Notes under the pieces: generated by a model
Databases searched by the model: none
Told to the model about the DNA's origin: nothing
Seen by the model: the letters and a program-made list of their open reading frames with translations, nothing else
Assembly: GCA_040776945.1 (NCBI GenBank)
Contig: JAXGZN010000001.1
Location: 640,001 to 704,000, forward strand
Length of the DNA stretch: 64,000 nt
From: Methanomassiliicoccaceae archaeon
Lineage (GTDB): Archaea; Thermoplasmatota; Thermoplasmata; Methanomassiliicoccales; Methanomassiliicoccaceae
Reading direction: 5' to 3'
In this document: piece after piece, positions 59,847 through 64,000 of the stretch
How the letters are laid out: each line of letters opens with the position of its first letter
Position numbering within the stretch: the stretch's first letter is position 1
Translations under genes and position numbers: made by a program

Positions 59847-60281
59847 TTGGCCAAGAGCAAGATGGATCTGGAGACGTTGCTGGGCTACTCCTTCAACGAG
59901 CCTGAGCTGATGGAGCGGGCCGTGGCTCGCGAGGGAACTGGTAAACGCGCCAAGGCGTCGGGCGCGAAGGACCCTGGCCTCAGAGTGCTCGGCGAGGCAG
60001 CTATCTGCTTCGCGGTGGTGAACCACTTCTACTCCCAGGGCATGAGCCCGAGCCAGATCGATGAAGAACGTGCGGCCAGGGTATGCCGGGAGAACTACGC
60101 CCGCGTTGCCGAGGAGATCGGTCTGGGGGATTGCCTCATACCCTCCGGCCCGCCGCGGGGAAGCTCTCTGGGAGAGAGGTTCGAACAGGTTATGGGCGCG
60201 GTGTACCTGGACGATGTCAACGCCGGCGGCACGGGGATCGGCGCCTGCTGGGAGGTCCTCCGGAAGATCAATTTGATCTGA
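59847..60281 (+). CDS. Stand-alone RNase III-like domain, degenerate signature
   Basis: LE..LGYSF..PEL..RA, L.VLGEA, FEQVMGAVYLD. Confidence 0.7.
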   Translation: MAKSKMDLETLLGYSFNEPELMERAVAREGTGKRAKASGAKDPGLRVLGEAAICFAVVNHFYSQGMSPSQIDEERAARVCRENYARVAEEIGLGDCLIPSGPPRGSSLGERFEQVMGAVYLDDVNAGGTGIGACWEVLRKINLI

Positions 60282-60527
60282 GCGGGCACGCCGCCACAGC
60301 ACCTCCCCCGCAGGGCGGCGGCCATCCGGGTCTGGCCAGCTTCAAGTACCGGCGGCCCCCAGGCGTCATGCCGGTCATAACATGGTCGACATCGGCGAGC
60401 TGATCGATCTGGTCGATAATGAGACGCTCCTCACCCTAGGTCAGAAAGCGCCCCCCTAGGCGGCCCGCCTGCCCTGGCGCGAAAAGGTCATTTGGCCCCT
60501 CCTTTCAAACCACCGTCGAGGCGAGCG

Positions 60528-60905
60528 ATGAGCCACACGGTCATACATTTCGAGATACCGGCGGACGACCCGAAGAGGATGAGGACGTTCTACGAGAGCT
60601 TGTTCGGCTGGAGGTTCTTCGATATCCCGGAGATGGGGTACACCACCATCCACACGGTCGATACCGACGATGATGGCATGCTGCGGGAGCCGGGGATTAA
60701 CGGCGGCATGTACAAGAGGACCGAGAGCGCCCAGGTGCCGCTGAACTACATCAGCGTGGAGGATGTGGACGATCTCATCGCCCGCGCGGTGAGCGGCGGC
60801 GGGAAGGTGCGCGCACCGAAGATGCGCGTTCCCAATGTGGGGGACATCGCGGTGATCGAGGACCCTGAGGGGAGCCCCCTGGGCATCATCCGTCCGGAGA
60901 TGTAG
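60528..60905 (+). CDS. VOC/glyoxalase family protein
   Basis: HFEIPADD, FY..LFGW, INGG, YISVEDVD, EDPEG. Confidence 0.9.
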   Translation: MSHTVIHFEIPADDPKRMRTFYESLFGWRFFDIPEMGYTTIHTVDTDDDGMLREPGINGGMYKRTESAQVPLNYISVEDVDDLIARAVSGGGKVRAPKMRVPNVGDIAVIEDPEGSPLGIIRPEM

Positions 60906-60985
60906 GCGCGCAGAGGCTTGCCGCCTCGGCCGCGCCGGCCGATGGATGAAAAGGCACATTACCCCTATGCTCCCAGTCATGGGGC

Positions 60986-63700
60986 ATGAGCAGCTGGCAC
61001 TCCCTCGACCTCAACGAGGTGCTGGACTCGCTGGACACGTCCGACTCGGGCCTCACCGCGGAGGAGGCCGAAGCGCGGCTGCAGAGGTACGGCCAGAACG
61101 AGCTGGTCGGGAGGAAGGGGCCGTCCCCCCTGACGATACTCGCCCGGCAGTTCACCGACCCCCTGGTCGTCATCCTGCTCATCGCGGCCGCGGTGTCCTT
61201 CCTGATCTGGCTGGTCGACCGCCGCCCGGACGAGCTCATCGACGCGGCGCTGATCGTGGCCATCGTGGTCATGAACGCCCTCCTGGGGTTCTACCAGGAG
61301 TACAAGGCCGAGCGCACCCTGGAGGCGCTGAGAGAGCTGGCCTCCCCCCGGGCCACCGTGGTCCGCGACGGTTCCGAGAGGGAAGTGCCCTCCAAGACCC
61401 TGGTCCCCGGGGACGTCATCGTCCTGGCGACCGGCGATAAGGTCTCGGCGGACGCCAGGCTGCTGGAGGCGGTGAACCTCGACGCGGCGGAGGCGTCCCT
61501 GACCGGCGAGTCCGCCCCGGTGAGCAAGGACGCCGGGAGCGTGGTGCCGGAGGACTCGCCCCTGGGTGACCGTACGGACATGGTGTTCTCCGGCACGTCG
61601 ATCGGCCAGGGGCGGGGGAGGGCGGTGGTGGTGGCCACCGGGATGGACACCGAGCTGGGCAAGATCGCCGGCCTGGTGGGGGAGGAGAGCATCGAAACGC
61701 CCCTGCAGAGAAAGCTGGCCCGCCTCGGCCGCCAGCTGGGCGTCGCCGTCCTGGTGATCGTGATCATGACCTTCCTTGTCGGCCTGTCGCGGTCGGCCGA
61801 TGTCCTGGAACTGTTCCTGTCCGCGGTGTCCCTGGCGGTGGCGGCGATACCGGAGAGCCTTCCCGCGGTGGTGACCGTCAGCCTCGCCCTAGGCCTTGCC
61901 CGCATGGCGAAGCGGAACGCCGTGGTGCGCTCCCTGCCCTCGGTGGAGAGCCTGGGGAGCGCCACGGTGATCTGCACCGACAAGACCGGGACGCTGACAA
62001 CCGGGGAGATGAGCGTCACCGATATCGCCCTCGTGGACCGCGGCATCGAGGTGACCGGGCAGGGCTACGAGCCGAGGGGCGAGCTGAGAGGAGAGAGCGA
62101 AAGATCAGGGGATGACGACGAGCTTACCTGGCTGGTGAGAGCGGGGGCGCTGTGCAACGATGCCCGGCTGGAGCATGACGGCCCCTGGACGGTCGCCGGC
62201 GATGCCACCGAGGGCACCCTCCTGGTCCTCGCCCTCAAGGCCGGGATGGACATCGAGGCGCTGCGCGCCGAGTTCCCCCGGGTGGACGAGATCCCCTTCG
62301 ACTCCAAGAGCAAGCGGATGACCACGGCGCACGTGCGCGAAGGGGAGCGCTACCTGTTCACCAAGGGAGCGGCGGAGTCTGTGCTCCCGCTCTGCGGCAC
62401 CGCCATGGTGGACGGCCGGACCGTGCCTCTGGACGACGGCATGCGCGGAACCATGATCGCAAAGGAGCGGCAGATGGCCGACCGCGCTCTGCGAGTGCTC
62501 GCTCTGTCGATGACCGCCGGGGCCGATGACGGCGTCGTGACGGAGGGGACGACCTTCCTCGGCCTGGTGGGCATGATCGACACCCCCCGCCCCGACGCCA
62601 TCGACGCCATCGGAGAGTGCCGCTCCGCGGGCATCAGGGTCATCATGATCACCGGGGACCACGGGCGCACCGCGGAGGCCATCGCCAGGCAGATGGGGAT
62701 CGGCGACGGCATCACCCCGGCGATCACCGGAAGGGAGCTGAGCGGCATGCCGGCCGAGGAGCTGGCCTCCCGGGTCCGCAAGGCCAGCGTGTTCGCCCGG
62801 GTCTCTCCGGAGCACAAGGTGAACATCGTGAGGGCGCTGCAGGCGAACGGCGAGGTGGTGGCCATGACCGGCGACGGGGTGAACGACGCACCGGCGCTGA
62901 AGCGCGCGGACATAGGGGTGGCCATGGGCATCACCGGGACCGACGTTGCCAAGGAGGCGGCGGACATCGTGCTGATGGACGATGACTTCGCCTCCATCGC
63001 CGGGGCGGTGGAGGAGGGGAGGGGCATCTACGACAACATCCGCAGGTTCGTCGCCTTCCTGCTGTCCTGCAACGGCGGCGAGATCGCGCTCATCTTCGCG
63101 GCCACGCTGCTGTACGCCCAGCCGGAGCTCCTGCCCTTCCTGCTGCCCATACAGATATTGTGGATCAACCTCCTGACCGATGGCTTCCCGGCGCTGGCCT
63201 TGGGCCTTGAGAGGGCTGATCCCGAGATCATGAAGCGATGTCCCCGGGACCCCCAAGAAGGGCCGGTGAACCGCATCATGGCCTACCGCATGGCGGTCCT
63301 GGGCGCGGTCATGGCCTTGGCCGGCCTGGTAGCGTTCCACATCAGCTTCACCGCTGACGGGGACGCCGGCCGGGCGCGGACGGTGGTGTTCTGCACCCTC
63401 GTGCTCACCCAGCTGTTCGCTGCCTTCTCCTTCCGCTCCGACCGTTCGGTCCTGGAGACCGGGCTGTGGGGCAATCCCCATCTTGTCTACGCGGTCCTCT
63501 TCTCCCTCGCGCTCCAACTGGCGGTGGTGTACCTGCCTCCCCTCAGCACGGCCTTCCGCTCCGCTCCCCTCGCCGGAGAGTGGCTGTACATCGTTCCCCT
63601 TTCCCTGCTCGGCCTGGTGGTCAACGAGGCAATCAAAAAGGTCATCATCAGGTATCGAGCTAAGAGGGACATCTGCGAGCTGAGGGACGATGGAAATTGA
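60986..63700 (+). CDS. P-type cation ATPase (P2A, Ca2+-type)
   Basis: [40 protein letters not shown]. Confidence 0.96.
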   Translation: MSSWHSLDLNEVLDSLDTSDSGLTAEEAEARLQRYGQNELVGRKGPSPLTILARQFTDPLVVILLIAAAVSFLIWLVDRRPDELIDAALIVAIVVMNALLGFYQEYKAERTLEALRELASPRATVVRDGSEREVPSKTLVPGDVIVLATGDKVSADARLLEAVNLDAAEASLTGESAPVSKDAGSVVPEDSPLGDRTDMVFSGTSIGQGRGRAVVVATGMDTELGKIAGLVGEESIETPLQRKLARLGRQLGVAVLVIVIMTFLVGLSRSADVLELFLSAVSLAVAAIPESLPAVVTVSLALGLARMAKRNAVVRSLPSVESLGSATVICTDKTGTLTTGEMSVTDIALVDRGIEVTGQGYEPRGELRGESERSGDDDELTWLVRAGALCNDARLEHDGPWTVAGDATEGTLLVLALKAGMDIEALRAEFPRVDEIPFDSKSKRMTTAHVREGERYLFTKGAAESVLPLCGTAMVDGRTVPLDDGMRGTMIAKERQMADRALRVLALSMTAGADDGVVTEGTTFLGLVGMIDTPRPDAIDAIGECRSAGIRVIMITGDHGRTAEAIARQMGIGDGITPAITGRELSGMPAEELASRVRKASVFARVSPEHKVNIVRALQANGEVVAMTGDGVNDAPALKRADIGVAMGITGTDVAKEAADIVLMDDDFASIAGAVEEGRGIYDNIRRFVAFLLSCNGGEIALIFAATLLYAQPELLPFLLPIQILWINLLTDGFPALALGLERADPEIMKRCPRDPQEGPVNRIMAYRMAVLGAVMALAGLVAFHISFTADGDAGRARTVVFCTLVLTQLFAAFSFRSDRSVLETGLWGNPHLVYAVLFSLALQLAVVYLPPLSTAFRSAPLAGEWLYIVPLSLLGLVVNEAIKKVIIRYRAKRDICELRDDGN

Positions 63701-64000
63701 CGGTTCGTACGGAGAGGGCGGGGGGCAGATACTGCGCTGCTCGGTGGCGCTGTCGGCGCTGACCGGCAGGGAGGTCACGATCAACAACATCAGGGCCAAG
63801 AGAGGGAAGCCGGGCCTGGCGGCTCAGCACCTCGCCGCGGTGATGGGCGTGGCCGCACTGTGCGACGGGGACGTGGAGAACGCGTTCGTGGGCTCGACCT
63901 CGATCACCTTCCGACCCGGCAAGGTCCTGGGAGGAAGCCACGAGCTGGACGTGGGCACCGCGGGGAGCGTCACGCTGGTGCTGCAGTCCTGCCTGCTGGC
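63690..64000 (+). CDS. rtcA: RNA 3'-terminal phosphate cyclase (partial, runs off window end)
   Basis: [48 protein letters not shown]. Confidence 0.93.
   Translation, partial: MEIDGSYGEGGGQILRCSVALSALTGREVTINNIRAKRGKPGLAAQHLAAVMGVAALCDGDVENAFVGSTSITFRPGKVLGGSHELDVGTAGSVTLVLQSCLL

Overview
GC-rich archaeal chromosome, most likely Thermoplasmata/Methanomassiliicoccales (inferred from the undivided RpoB, AsnRS, N-terminally extended Spt5 and an MtaA-like gene). Most of the window is housekeeping: rpoH-rpoB, EF-1beta, priL, truA, cdrS-ftsZ2, tbp, tandem ftsZ1 paralogues, secE-spt5-L11-L1-L10-L12, cdc6, gcvT, asnS, a P-type ATPase and rtcA. It also holds a tRNA-Gly and a tRNA-Lys(UUU) split by two non-canonical BHB introns. 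There are two accessory islands. Island 1 (~9.1-14.9 kb) has broken IS1634 and IS21 elements and an orphan Rhs core with a low-GC hydrophobic tip. Island 2 (~41.8-51.3 kb) is the most striking feature: a large surface-type protein with Ca-binding DxDxDG repeats and a multi-TM C-terminal tip, followed by start-less alternative tips. The intact alternative tips begin at a shared 34-bp repeat (FQAFVTWAIEF), and each is paired with a small 2-TM partner gene. A 103-bp perfect inverted repeat could flip the trunk onto another tip. This looks like a polymorphic toxin/immunity or self-recognition cassette system that I do not recognise as a described family. All calls are by eye; no searches were run.
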